Positions 23,806 to 37,034 of a stretch of DNA of 45,463 nucleotides are shown in pieces. Numbering within the stretch: the first letter of the stretch is position 1; each line of letters begins with the position of its first letter. The stretch spans positions 25,276,511-25,321,973 of the forward strand of contig NC_068989.1 in the NCBI RefSeq assembly GCF_001194135.2, written 5' to 3'. The stretch is from Octopus bimaculoides (taxonomy: Eukaryota). Both the position numbers and the translations under genes were made by a program. The notes beneath the pieces were generated by a model. The model was not told the DNA's origin and did not search any database. It worked only from the letters and a program-made list of their open reading frames with translations.

Positions 23806-24154
23806 ATATACATGTATATACATGTACATTTTATTTGTGGATTAATAAGGCAATCAATGGTTTCATGAGGAAGACATTTCCACAATTATTAGCAAATCAC
23901 TTGGGAATGCTATTACTTGTCTCCATTTTCGATGAGAATACATCCACAATGGAGAGGAGTGCCAATATTCCAAAGTAGGTCGCTTGAATAATCGTGGGTA
24001 AACGGGAAACCACTGGTGGCATTCTTAGTTCGCAAATGAAGTATATTTATAGACCAATGTCTTATTGAATATATGGAATATGTCTTATTGAATATATGAA
24101 ATATATTCCTCAATACACGATCATACAAAACCCCTTTTTTTGTATTTATTTTTA

Positions 24155-24265
<111 letters not shown>

Positions 24266-25069
24266 ATATATGTATATCTTAGACGACACACAAAAACGCT
24301 ACTTAGAGATTGTGCATGTTAATTATAATTAAAATTCCTTATAACTAATACTTGACAAAAGACAATTACATTCTATATAGGACTTCACAAACAAATGAGA
24401 CGAATATGGAAGCATAATTAATAGAAAGCTACAAAATTGTATTAACACCCTCAAGTTTAAAATCTCTTTATGACTAATATAAAAGTAAACAAAACATCAG
24501 AATAGATGTTTATGACTACGAACGGTACACATTTAGGAGCTGAAACAATTAGCAAAAACATACGGCACCTGTGTGTTCGGTAGGTAAACTAAAAAGTGGG
24601 AGGTGGTAAAGGATGGAGAGAAAAAGTGAGACAATATGCATTTTATGCTGAAGCAGGAGAATTAAAATTAATTTAAATATTATAAAGTGTCAATATCGGT
24701 AAACCCAAAATTTAAACACATTGTTTATATGCTATTACTGTACAGGAAACGAAGACGGGATCTCTGGATTGACTGGTTTACGGTTTGAAGACAACTCTGA
24801 GTAGCGGCCAACAAACTGAAACTTCTTCAGAATACTACAACTACGTCCCGCCACCAGCGCATCATCAGTATAGAAGAAATCTGTTTATATTCTTAGGTCA
24901 GTCGAAGTGAAATTTTGTATTGTGTGAGTAAATGCGACATGCGAGATGAATTTGTAGTACTTGCTTTGTCTATGCTTGCTTATGCTGTGGTTAACTATTG
25001 ATGGTCGGACACTTCTTAGCGCTATTACTCTCGGGCCGACGGAACATCTATGATGTGACAGTTGGAGGC

Positions 25070-25222
25070 AGAGGGGACTGCACGAGAACTACTCTGGTAC
25101 ATATTTGAACTGGGCAACGTGAGGAGGAATTCCTTGTCCGGTTGTAAGACCAGGATTCCCACCCATGTTGTATGACATTATAATCATGCGCCTAGCATCC
25201 TAAACCATGCAACAACCCAATA
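25070..25222 (-). mobile_element. Old tRNA-derived SINE head fragment
   Basis: Minus strand GGTTGTTGCATGGTTTAGGATGCTAGGCGCATGATT...GGGAATCCTGG...CTCACGTTGCCCAGTTC resembles the family A head and core. Confidence 0.4.
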
Positions 25223-25329
25223 CACATACACATACACGTGTTTATACATACTCACACACACATATATGTGTCTGAGTGTATCTCTATGTGTAAAGATGAT
25301 AGTGTAAATAAGAAGGAAAAAATCGAGTA

Positions 25330-25950
25330 ATCGATACTGATGTCATCGTTTCCATATATTTTGCGCCTCGATGACCCTACAACGAAAGTGTTCCTGATTA
25401 AGTGCGAGTTCTCCAGCCCCTTATCAATCTTGTCCAACCAGCTACTGATATTGTCAATACATGGCCGTCTTTGCCTGTCTCTTGATATTGTATCCTCTAG
25501 TTTTCCTTCCCTGACAATATTTTCCAGACCTCTGTTTCCTCCAATATGGCAATATTGCATAAGTGTTTGTATTTTCATAATGCTCAAGAGTTGTCATCTT
25601 TCAAGTACTTATCATAACACCCATTCTTTTGTCCAACGGTTCTTGTACAAGACTTGTAATATTCTGCTGTACACCTACTTTTCAAGACACATTGATTATG
25701 TTCTCTTTATATTTGTTCAGAGTCCATGCTTCGCAACCATAAATACCTACTGTCCAAATAAGCGCTTGCACTAGCCTAGTTTTCAATGCAGTCGGGACAA
25801 GTTTGCTGCTCCAGATGTTATTAGAGTGTATAAATATAATTTTGAACACTGAAACTTCAAAATTCTTGTCTATTACTCATGTGCAGTGTTTTGCTTGAGA
25901 GCATGTATTCGATTTTGCTTTGACACAGTATACTATACAACTTGGAAGTG
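25330..25950 (-). mobile_element. RTE-clade LINE 3' fragment
   Basis: KTRLVQALIWTVGIYGCEAWTLNK..., then YCHIGGNRGLENIVREGKLEDTISRDRQRRPCIDNI (consensus YFGHI.R...LE..I..GK.EG.R.RGR.R..W.D.I). Confidence 0.85.
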
Positions 25951-26125
25951 AGTTACCACTTACAAGAAATCACACCATTACAAAGTACAAGTAAATTTGG
26001 TGTTGTTATTACAATTTCAATTAAATGTTTTAATCTAATGGATTTTATGGAACTGATGTATCGATTTAACAACAAGAGAAAATAAATAGTTTTTTTTTCC
26101 GGAGGATTATATAAGATGATATAAA

Positions 26126-26510
26126 GAGGTGGTTTTGTTGTAAGAAGTTTGCTTCCCAGCGGTATGGTTCTGGCTTCAGTCCTACCTCGGGGAAATATCT
26201 TTTGCTGTAGCCCCGAGCCGACCACAGCGTTTTGAGTGGGTTTGGTAGACGGAAACCGAAAGAAGCACACACATATATCTCTCTCTATATATTTATGTGA
26301 GTGTGTGTGTGTGTGTTTATGTGTGTTTATGTGTGTATCTTTGTGATTGCGTTTAATTTCTCGCCATCGCTTGACAACAACTCTTGGTTTGTTTAGGTCT
26401 CCGTAACCTAACTGTTCCGCAAGAGACAGCAATAGAATAAGTATCAGGTTTTAACAAAAATTCAGGAGTCAACTAGTTCGACTAAACCATTGAAGGTGGT
26501 ACCCCAGAAT
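26126..26510 (+). mobile_element. Family B SINE, near full length, diverged
   Basis: GTAAGAAGTTTGCTTCCCAGC...GGCTTCAGTCC...GGTAGACGGAAACCGAAAGAAGC, then (TA/TG)n, then CGCTTGACAAC...GTTCGACTAAA. Confidence 0.85.
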
Positions 26511-26658
26511 TAACATAAAATAACTGTTACATCCTCTGGTTAAATAAAATGAGACTAACATAAATAACATCTTGGTTGTATTTCTGCAAGTATTCTTTCT
26601 AAAGTTTGAATTATACCACAGAATGTTTTTGATTTCCTTTCTATTTGAGTATATGTTA

Positions 26659-27706
26659 TCAGGTCATTCCATAAGTTCTGTCCGAATTTTGAATAAAGAA
26701 AACAAGTGATCAAATGTTATATTTAATTGAAATTTCAATTATCAATGTACTTTCCCTGATTATCTATAACTTCCTTCCATCTATTTACAAGCTTTTTAAT
26801 CACATCAATGTAAAACACTTTTGGTTTCGAAGCGAAGAACTCTGAAATATCAGTTTCGACCTCCTCCTGGCTTGCGAAAGTTATGTCTCCCAAATGAGTC
26901 TGTAAACTACGAAACAAATGGTAGTCTAAAGGAGCAAGATCGGGAGAATAAGGTGGATGAGGAATTTTTTCCCAACCAAGCTCTTCGATCTTCTGTGATG
27001 TGATCTTTGCAGTGTGGGGTTGCGTATTGTCCAGATGAAACATCACTCCTTTTCGATTCACTAAAGCGCGTCTGTTTTTCTTCAAAGCTTGGTTCAAACG
27101 CTCTAGTTGCTGACAATAGACTTGAGCATTGATTGTTGCAAGTCTATCCTAAACGGGTGAAATGAGTTCGCGAGAATGGAGAGAAAAGCAAATGTCAACT
27201 CGGGATTTGCGGTTGCGTTGCTTTCGGACAATTCATGAGGTACCCATTTTCCAAGTTTAGGAAACTTTCCAAGTTGTTGAAGATGACGATGAACAGTTGC
27301 ATGATTTGAACTTAGCTTAATTGCAAATTCTTCAACTGATAATGCAGGATTTATTTCAAGTAATGCTTCAAGGAGCTTATCAGCCATCTTCTGCAAGTTC
27401 TTTCATTCAGGCATTCTTTCCCATAAACTGAGTGTACGTTTCGAGTCGCTTCGGCTGCAGAGTTTCCCTTTTTTCAGCTCATAGAGCATTATGTGCCTCA
27501 AATGCTTTTTGGATACTTCCATGTTAGAAAGGGTCTTAATCAAAGAAATTTTAATTCTATTATTCTGTAAAATAATATTTAATTAGTTTAAAGGTACACA
27601 AATGCATAAAAATAATTTTTAATTCCATTAGACATTCTAAAATACTATTACATTTATTCAATTTTAAAAAAAGGTAAAATCGGACAGAACTTAGGGGATG
27701 GCCTGA
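26659..27706 (-). mobile_element. Mariner (DD34D) DNA transposon with both TIRs and internal deletions
   Basis: Left TA|TCAGGTCATTCCATAAGTTCTGTCCGAATTTT; right AAAATCGGACAGAACTTAGGGGATGGCCTGA|TA. TIRs are about 31 bp with a few mismatches and TA TSDs; length 1048 bp. Confidence 0.95.
26735..27522 (-). pseudogene. Mariner transposase pseudogene
   Basis: MEVSKKHLRHIMLYELKKGNSAAEATRNVHSVYGKECLNERTCRRW / deletion / KLGKWVPHEL / deletion removing TGDEKW / INAQVYCQQL...LDNTQPH...HPPYSPDLAPLDYHLF...GKYIDN*. Confidence 0.95.
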
Positions 27707-28499
27707 TATATTGCATCTAGAATTACATTTTTACCAAGTGCTTAGTAATATAATTGCAAAGCGTTTGTCAATGTAGATACATATGAAGTCAAATACGGTC
27801 TAAGTAGATTTTCAAACGCAGAATATTAATTATTTTATCGCAGAATAATTGGTGAACGATCTGAGTAGGAGTCAATGATATTAAAGTCTAGATATTATTT
27901 GGACAATTATATGACATACATTCGCAGCAGAAAATTTTCAACAAGACTTCCAAGTCATGTATGAAGATGAACAAAACATATACCAATACCTTTACTATAT
28001 CTTAGTATGCTCTTGCGTCGGCTTAGAATAATTTAAAAAAATTGCTGAGTAGTCGTTTTTGGTTAACCACAAAAGTTGTTAATATTATCACAGAATAGAA
28101 AATGCCGTAGATCAAGAAAAGCAAAATATCTATTATGTATTGTCGCGTCGTTTCTTCTTTTTAGTTTTTGTATTTGTTTTTTCTTGTTACAAATCTTTTT
28201 CTTATTACATTGTTGCATGTTTCTAATGTCAACGATATTTTTTCAGGGTATGTAGTCAATTACTTGATATGTCACTATTTTATCTCGTGAAAGTCTTTGA
28301 TATTGTAGAGTTATACATGATTTGAATGCGAATAATGTTTTGAATAGGTTAAAACAAGTGCATATTTATATTTTCATAGCATATTTATATTTTCTTTTTA
28401 TTAATTATAAAGAAAGCATGAACTATTTTATGTAGTTGTTTTTCTCTTCGCATTAAAATACAATGCATAATGGAGAGCATCCAGCTAGTAGCCAACTCC

Positions 28500-29420
28500 A
28501 TCCACCAAAGTATCAAGCTAACTACAGATTACCCCACTCTGCATTCCAACAATAGACATCCCGTCCTTGATACTGAACTTTGATTAGACACTGTGAATAA
28601 CAGAGTGCAGTGCCTCCTCCACTCCTATTACATGAAACCCATAGCTTCGAAATATGTTGTTCACAAGAATTCAGTTTTGTCACACAACATGAAAATTAAC
28701 ATACTTAGGATAATGGAGAACGTGTCCCCACTATGCAAACGCTATCACACGAAGAAACGTGTACAGAACTTTATGCACCACAAGCAGTTCTCTGAATATG
28801 ATCAGAAAGATGGGATTCGAGTAAACAGGGGTGCTAGAAAGAGGTTAGAAAACATTATATGTAATCAAACCAGTGGTACCTGCCCTAGATATAGAAGTAG
28901 AATAAAATACAAAGGACTTGTGGCAAAACAAACAAGGTGGATACGTGGTACAAATCCGACAAATATCAAAGAGTGATGCTTGTGGAGGCCACAGTCCATG
29001 GAGAACTAGCCCATACATTTACGAAAGCTCTGTAGGAGACCAAACTCAACATCAAGATTGTTGAAAAGCCAGAGAACTCCATCAGATCACAGATATGTAG
29101 GACGTACTCGTTTGAGAAAACCATATGCACCAGTGTTAAGTGCATGGTATTTAGTATCAACCCTAGCATTAATTGTAGAACTAGAAATGTAGTGTACAGC
29201 ATAAGGTGCATAGATGTTGCTCGTAAATACATGAACATGACATACATAAGAGAGACATCTAGGAGCATTGTGGAACTACTAAATATACATTTGAGACAAT
29301 AAGACGACAACAAACAGTCCTCCATACTCTACAAACATGCCAAGGATCAACATGGAGGCAACCTGGGTCAACTTGACATCGCATTTTATCCAAGCACCCA
29401 AAGGACCCAACCCTCAGACA
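28500..29420 (+). mobile_element. Penelope-like element fragment (RT thumb plus GIY-YIG), different subgroup from 19561-21720
   Basis: DYPTLHSNNRHPVLDT...HSYYMKPIASKYVVHKNS, then NCRTRNVVYSIRC...YIRETSRS...SILYKHAKDQHGG; contains stops and frameshifts. Confidence 0.8.
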
Positions 29421-29549
29421 CATACAGGAGTACTTCTCATAAATAAAACACCCTTAGTAGTAAATAGGAAATATTTGTAGTAGGTAATCTTACCCACAAT
29501 CCACAGTTTATATTTATATACAGGTAGAATAGGTAAGATAGTTATGTAG

Positions 29550-30060
29550 ATGTATGTATGTGTGTGTGCATATATGTATACGTAAAATGTATATGTATAT
29601 GTATGTAGGCAAATGTATATGAATGTAAACAGACAGACATACAGGCGAACAGGTACATACGTAATATGAACAGACAAGCACACATACGCAGATGAAGACT
29701 GAAACACATGACCATATATACACACACTTCACTTCACACAAGGACATACATGGAGACACACATCCATACATACAGACACAGTACGTAGTCATGAAAACCC
29801 ATACACAGACACACTCAGACATGCACAAACAAGGAGAGAGGTACTCACACACACACACACACACACACAAACACATAAAGACACGTAAGCACGAACGCAC
29901 AAACATAAATAAGCAGAATACATACATACAAGGGTATACACATACATACATACATAAATACATACGCGCGAACACACACATAGATGCATGCACACGGTTA
30001 CATGCATACATACATGTGTATATGCACACACACACACTGATCCACACACATGCGCACAAA
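29550..30060. repeat. Degenerate (CA/TA/CATA)n low-complexity tract
   Basis: Visible mixed dinucleotide and tetranucleotide repeats. Confidence 0.9.
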
Positions 30061-30907
30061 GAAACAAAAAGAACCCAGCTCTAAAAACTGACAGTCAAAA
30101 ACAATTGAAGAGGTTGCTCCCCATACAGAACAAAATATGCTCCAACACACGAACTAACATAAAGATTCTTGCAATCAAATTCCCCAAACGAAGTANNNNN
30201 NNNNNNNNNNNNNNNNNNNNNNNNNNNNNNNNNNNNNNNNNNNNNNNNNNNNNNNNNNNNNNNNNNNNNNNNNNNNNNNNNNNNNNNNNNNNNNNNNNNN
30301 NNNNNNNNNNNNNNNNNNNNNNNNNNNNNNNNNNNNNNNNNNNNNNNNNNNNNNNNNNNNNNNNNNNNNNNNNNNNNNNNNNNNNNNNNNNNNNNNNNNN
30401 NNNNNNNNNNNNNNNNNNNNNNNNNNNNNNNNNNNNNNNNNNNNNNNNNNNNNNNNNNNNNNNNNNNNNNNNNNNNNNNNNNNNNNNNNNNNNNNNNNNN
30501 NNNNNNNNNNNNNNNNNNNNNNNNNNNNNNNNNNNNNNNNNNNNNNNNNNNNNNNNNNNNNNNNNNNNNNNNNNNNNNNNNNNNNNNNNNNNNNNNNNNN
30601 NNNNNNNNNNNNNNNNNNNNNNNNNNNNNNNNNNNNNNNNNNNNNNNNNNNNNNNNNNNNNNNNNNNNNNNNNNNNNNNNNNNNNNNNNNNNNNNNNNNN
30701 NNNNNNNNNNNNNNNNNNNNNNNNNNNNNNNNNNNNNNNNNNNNNNNNNNNNNNNNNNNNNNNNNNNNNNNNNNNNNNNNNNNNNNNNNNNNNNNNNNNN
30801 NNNNNNNNNNNNNNNNNNNNNNNNNNNNNNNNNNNNNNNNNNNNNNNNNNNNNNNNNNNNNNNNNNNNNNNNNNNNNNNNNNNNNNNNNNNNNNNNNNNN
30901 NNNNNNN

Positions 30908-30947
<40 letters not shown>

Positions 30948-31261
30948 TTGTGCAGATAGACAAATAGATAGATTAAAATGGTAAGTGGAAAAGCAGAACG
31001 TTTGACATCACTCAAGGAGAAACGACTTCTAGCTGCTTTCGACAGGCAAACACCACATTTTTCAGTTGCTTTGAAACCAGAGTTTTAGTGCTAAAGCACA
31101 CTCAGCATACATAACAGTTACCTATCAACTAACGTCAGCTGGCAAAAACTCTTTTGTACTCTCTATGTATGCATTTATGTATATACACACACATATATAC
31201 ACATATACACAGAGAGACATACATTGACACACACACACAAACACACAGGCAGTCTCTCTCT

Positions 31262-31295
<34 letters not shown>

Positions 31296-31598
31296 GGCAC
31301 AGGCGTGGCTGTGTGGTAAGAAGCTTGCATTGCAACCATATTGTTTCGGGTTCAGATGTAAACTGAAATACGTTTGTGTGTATCCATATATATGTGTGTG
31401 TGTGTAAAGATATGTGCGTGTGTGTGTGCGCGTGTGCGCGCGCGTGTATTTAATATTACGTTTTTGTGTTTGTGTTAGACTCCCTGTCCAAAAGAGGCCG
31501 ATAGAATAAGTACTTGGTTTGATTAATTCGACCAATTCGTCATAGCGGTTCCTCAGCATGGCCGTTGTTTGATAATTGAAAAATTTAAAGAAAAGATA
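31296..31598 (+). mobile_element. Family B SINE with internal deletions
   Basis: Head GGCACAGGCGTGGCTGTGTGGTAAGAAGCTTGC...GGGTTCAG; 3' body GAGGCCGATAGAATAAGTAC...CAGCATGGCCG. Confidence 0.8.
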
Positions 31599-32071
31599 GT
31601 AGAAAAGATATATCAAGGAGAATTGTTACGATGTCTTTGTTTCTGCACAAAAGTAAAGCAAATTCTGAATTCATGTCTACCATTTACACTGTTTTGAAGT
31701 TTCAGCTATATATTATCATAATCACTGAGTGACAAATCATTTGAATAAACTTGAACCTACACAATGTTTAGGGTAGTTAACTGACAAGACCGAAGCAATC
31801 TAACAAGCAAAGTACGGTGTATTGAGTGGTTAATGAAGTGTCAGCGCAAAATGTGTATAAAACATAGAGGTGGTTTTGCAGGATATTTGATTTATACAAA
31901 TCCTCAACCGATAGCTCATTTAAAGTGTGGCAAAGATGGGAAACCTTCAGTACAGGTGCATGTATGCATGCATGTATGTATGTATCTTAATTTCTTATAT
32001 TATTATAAATCTTCCACTGAGAAGGGAACAAGTTTCCAACAGAGATACAAGGCTCCGTCTTTGGGATGTAG

Positions 32072-32720
32072 CTAACATAGACAAATTAACATTTGGAACT
32101 TGAGAAAAGTCTTGCATATTTTTAGAGTTTCACTCACAGATTGAACTTGTAATGAACGAATCAGCCGGTCAGTTTGTCTTTCTGAAAATCCCAGTTTATC
32201 CAGATTCTCTTTTAAGCATTTACTAACGAAACCTAGTGCTTCAATTCTTATTGGTATGAATATAAATTCATAGTCTGGATATAGATGCTGGAGATTCGAA
32301 ACCTCCAGCATTTGTCCATACATACCGTCTTTTTCTTTGATTTTCAAAGAAATATTCATATCTGCAGGGCAGCTAAACTCTATGACGCTACATACCTTTG
32401 CCCTTCTGTCCCAAACAACAAAATCTGGCCTGTTATGCTTACATTTCACAAAAGATTTGATGGGAATATTCCAACAGTATTCCTTGAGTTGGTGTTTATG
32501 AATGTATTCCATTACACGGATTTTCTAAGTTTATTTCAGGATACTATTTTTCCTAGGATGGCATTGTGAACTGTTTTAGCAACAACATCGTGCCGCATAG
32601 GGAGGTAGTACCGTAACGACATCTTAGGACAGCTTCTAATCAAAGAAACATGACATAGCCTACACATACGGTTGCACCTTGGGATTACAAGAGCGTAACT
32701 GTCTCTCTTGTTCACAAGGT
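32072..32720 (-). mobile_element. RLE-type non-LTR retrotransposon 3' end (R4/NeSL-like, distinct family)
   Basis: C..C / SCPKMSLRYYLPMRHDVVAK, then KCKHNRPDFVVWDRRAKVCSVIEFSCPADMNISLKIKEKDGMYGQ...IPIRIEALGFVSK...CKTFLKF (PD..D/E..K-type RLE). Confidence 0.9.
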
Positions 32721-33314
32721 ACGTTGTGGTAATCTCCTGTATGTATGTATGTATGTATGTATGTATGTATGCATTCTGTGTTTCTATGTGTGTGTAAATA
32801 TTTACATGGATATATGTTGCTGCTTAATGGGTTTAGTATAGGATGTATTATATTATTCCATTATCATTGTAAAACATATGTAACATGCCATATTATACAG
32901 CCGCGATTTTTAAAACTATTTTTGCAATTTATTTGTAACTGTATTCTTGCTTCCTACACACCCATAATATTTCTTTATTGAAGTTATATTTGTTGATGCA
33001 TGAAAACTTTCAATATCTCGTAACATACCATTTGATTGAACGAGAATGGCACATAACCTGGGCGCCAGGACTAAGATTGCTTCTTTAGATTTTATTCTGC
33101 TCAGAGTAGACTTTTATTCCTCGGTACTTTGATACTTTGAAGAATTAAGATTTTCATGAAAGTCGTTAAGATATTCGTTTGAAAACAAAATTAAAATAAT
33201 TTTAAAATTATTTTATCTGAATTGACTTAAATTAGGAAATGGGATATTTGTCTTTAATAATCAATAAAATTATTCATAAGGTCAATATTTTCATCATATG
33301 AACATTATTATCAT

Positions 33315-33400
33315 TCTCTGTATTTTACTGGTGCCTCTTTAACTGACCCAGAATGATGAACATAAAGACGTGAGGTAGGATTTGAACTAATTTACTCTAG
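33315..33400 (-). mobile_element. Degenerate family D (Nin-type) SINE fragment
   Basis: ACTGGTGCCTCTTTAACTGACCCAGAATGATGAACATAAAGACGTGAGGTAGGATTTGAACT resembles the reverse complement of 15490-15555. Confidence 0.45.
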
Positions 33401-34976
33401 AAAAGAGTAGCAGAAAACTTGGAATGCGTTCGAGTTTACTTACGTGAGAGAATTACATAAATATAGGATTATAAAACATAAGGTATAAATGTGCCAGGTA
33501 GTTTCTCCCAAATTAATTCGCATTGAGATTCATTATAAGCAGAGAATATTTTTCTTGCTTCCATCTTATCTTATATTTTTGGCATGAGAGATTTCCAGGA
33601 CAACACTAACTAAAATATCACTCACTTTTTAAATCACTCACTTTTGATTTGAGAATAAATTTTATTCTATTTCTCGCAGATGTAAAACTACTAAAATATT
33701 CCTTTTCTTTACTTTCTAGTATGTACTGTGTTGCAGCAACATTGCAGGGAAATGTAGTTTACAGTTGTTGTATGACAATGTTGTGTAAATATTGTGTGTT
33801 CAAGCTTTAATTAAATTTTTTGTATTGCAATTTTCAAGGTTGTAAAATATTACATCTTTCCAAATTCAGAATATTAAATATTTGAATAAATCCATTTACA
33901 CGATTGTAGGGTTTTATATTGTGCACAGTTTAGAAGGCGCACATCCTCTCAACCCTCTCGTGTTTCTATAGAACATTGTGCTGTATGAGTTTATTATATA
34001 TTTACGAGGGTGACACAGCAATGGCTGTTCTTAGTATATAGATTAATACTATAAGGATTCTTACTATAAACTGTAACGCAAGTCAAAAGTCAACTAAAAG
34101 TGAATGTATTTTAGGTACTGCGCGTGCTGTACCCGTCTTATATCTACGTAAAAATACTTAGGGAAAGATTCTTAGGCACTGACTCAGTGCATTGTAAGTT
34201 ACAGAATAGAAACGGAAATATTTCCAAAAACAGTGGACCATTAACCGGGTTCGTTACGCATAGCGTTCTTTTCTAACCACCAATACCGATGAGAAAATGC
34301 TAAATACGACAGTACAAATGCCACCACCACCACGGTTACTACCACTGCTATAATCTTGGTCGTCGTCGTCATCATCATCATCATAGATAAAATAACACAT
34401 CTCAATAATAACGGGAATAACGAGGAAAGGCAATTATTGAAGTGTACTCGTATACAAGCATTACGTCATTTGCAAAGCAAGAATATTTCCTTAATGTACT
34501 GGCAACATTCTTAATTGAAAGGAAATTACAGCAACTAGGAATCAAAACACTGATCATGGATTTTACTCACCAGGAGATTGAATACATTCTTCAGTTTCCA
34601 ATAATAACATAAAAATATAAGACAGGCACTAAAACAATAGGAAAAGCCAATGCGCTGTATGCGTGTTGTGGTAAGAGAATGGTGAAAACTACGAGCAAAA
34701 GCAACAAGAACAAAAACGATTGAGCAATGGTCGATGGAACTATGATAATGAAAGATGTGGTAGGAGGGATATCGTGTTTAATGGATAGTGTGAGAGAATG
34801 GATATCTTATTTATCGTTTAGAATCAGAGAAGAAATATGAGGTTTTAAGAATAGCGTGAGAGCGTGATATACGTTCTTACATTAAAAGAGATGAAAATTA
34901 AATCACGTGCATACAAGGGCATTTGTTCATACAAATCTGTACTCAAACATACACACACACCCACACACACAAACAG

Positions 34977-35017
<41 letters not shown>

Positions 35018-35414
35018 AATGAATACGTACAAACACAGGAGTATATGTGTACATAAATTCACAAACAGTCACATACAAAATCTAACACGCAAGTTAGAGA
35101 GAAGGAAAACTAAGCAGGTAAGTAACAGAAATTGCACTAAATCAATCACAATCACATGGACGTTCACATATACATGCGTGCATTTATACACGAATTAAGC
35201 ACACGCGTGCATGTATATATATATATATAATATTTGTGACTGCAATGGTTTCTCGCTCAACCCCCTCACTCTCTATATGTATATATCACACTTGTAAATA
35301 CAATCCGGTACATATATGTATATGTATATATATATAATTGAAATTTACAGAAAAACAAAAGACGAAGACAGTTGTATAAACAACAAACAGGTGTATTAGT
35401 TTAGCGCTAGGGAA

Positions 35415-35445
<31 letters not shown>

Positions 35446-35499
35446 TGTATGTATGTATGTATGTATGTATGTATGTATCTATCTATCTATCTATCTATC

Positions 35500-35535
<36 letters not shown>

Positions 35536-35575
35536 CACATATGTATACATATTTAAATACACAAGCATACAATAT

Positions 35576-35610
<35 letters not shown>
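35415..35610. repeat. Compound (TATG)n(TATC)n(TA)n...(GA)n microsatellite
   Basis: Visible runs. Confidence 0.95.
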
Positions 35611-35615
<5 letters not shown>

Positions 35616-36958
35616 GGAGATAGAGAGAAACAATGAGAGAGTGGGTGAGTAAAAGCCATAATGGATGTAGTCTGATGTAAAAAGACATACATGACAATGA
35701 TAGATATGAACATATATGTTCCCTGCGACTCCAGACAAGTACATCGTATTTATTTGATCTGAAGAAATGTTAAGTCGTGTAGTTAGATATATGCTGGTTT
35801 CTACATTCATATTCAGTGACGCGCACACTGATTGTTTCACACTAATGTACAAGAAAGATTGTAGTTACTAACTAATAGGGTGCATGCACAACAGCAAACA
35901 TCCAAACAATAAGGTATCTATACGTTCCAAGATTCCGAAGTAGATTTTGATCGCTGTTCTTATTCTCTATCAGAGAAAGCCTCTTCACTTAAAACGATCT
36001 GTATTCATGACTCTCTCCAATAACAGGGCTCTGCGGCACCGCAATGTTTCGACCTTATAGTGTTTCTCGTCAGATGCAATTACATATGTTGCACACGGGC
36101 AAACACATAATTTTTGATTTGTCCGGGTCGAGGTAAGAAAAATTTACTTGCTTAAAATTTTACTTCGAGATGGTGGATTATATATTATGACATAATCTAT
36201 TATTGCATTAGAGAAAATATACTGAAACAACTATCGTAAATTTTAAACGACATTTTACTGTATACATACAATGTGTCAATGTCCCGAGGAGATGCCGTAA
36301 GATTTTGTTAAAGCAATAAATAATGGAAAAAGGAATATTACAATTTGTGTGTGGTTTTGAATGGCGGTCATAACTCTTATGAGATATATTTGCGGCTGTT
36401 TGAACGTGCTGTATCAAGCAGGTACAATTCCAAAGTTTTAAAGAGGTACATTTACAAATGTGAAGCGTGAGTTTCAATCTGAGAGGTAAAACCTAGTTAT
36501 GCACGATTACTTTTATAAGTTATTTTGCAAAATCCAAAGAATTACAGCATACAATTTAAACAATAAGTAAAAGTTAATTTTTAACAATTCAACAGCCATT
36601 GGTTTCTTCAGAGACATTCTCCACAACGAAATATACACCTGTGGTACTGTGAAACTTACTGTATGAGACGAATTCTGCCGAAAGTTTTAATCATCGCATA
36701 ACTTTTCTTCTCCCTTATATGAAAATTACTAGGAATAGTTAAATCTCCACCTCCTCCTCCTTCCCCTCCACCTCCTCCTTATCATCATCACCACCACCAT
36801 GGTCATCATTATCTTTATCTTAGTCATCGGTTACAATTGATGAATGTGATTTATTATAAGAATCTAACATGATTAGTTGGTACTTCGCAGGAGATATCAG
36901 TAAGGAAAGCGAATTGGCATAGTTGTTTGCTTGACAGATAGAGAACTTCGTGGGATTT

Positions 36959-36959
<1 letters not shown>

Positions 36960-37032
<73 letters not shown>
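36960..37032. repeat. (CT)n(CA)n microsatellite
   Basis: Visible run. Confidence 0.95.

Positions 37033-37034
<2 letters not shown>

Noticed and set aside
24812-24875. CTGAGTAGCGG...GAAAC and antisense CTGATGATG motifs
   Set aside because: The core and stems are too degenerate to build a hammerhead.
27928-28004. Possible exon ENFQQDFQVMYEDEQNIYQYLYYIL with gtatgc donor
   Set aside because: Weak acceptor, no partner exons and no recognisable homology.
36030-36080. Minus-strand CTGACGAG...TCGAAAC hammerhead-like core
   Set aside because: Stem II is weak and no NUH triplet with a matching stem I follows; at best a remnant.
36560-36680. FFRDILHNEIYTCGTVK resembling the piggyBac motif (IYACGTVR)
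   Set aside because: The match is too short, with no flanking transposase motifs, TIRs or TTAA.
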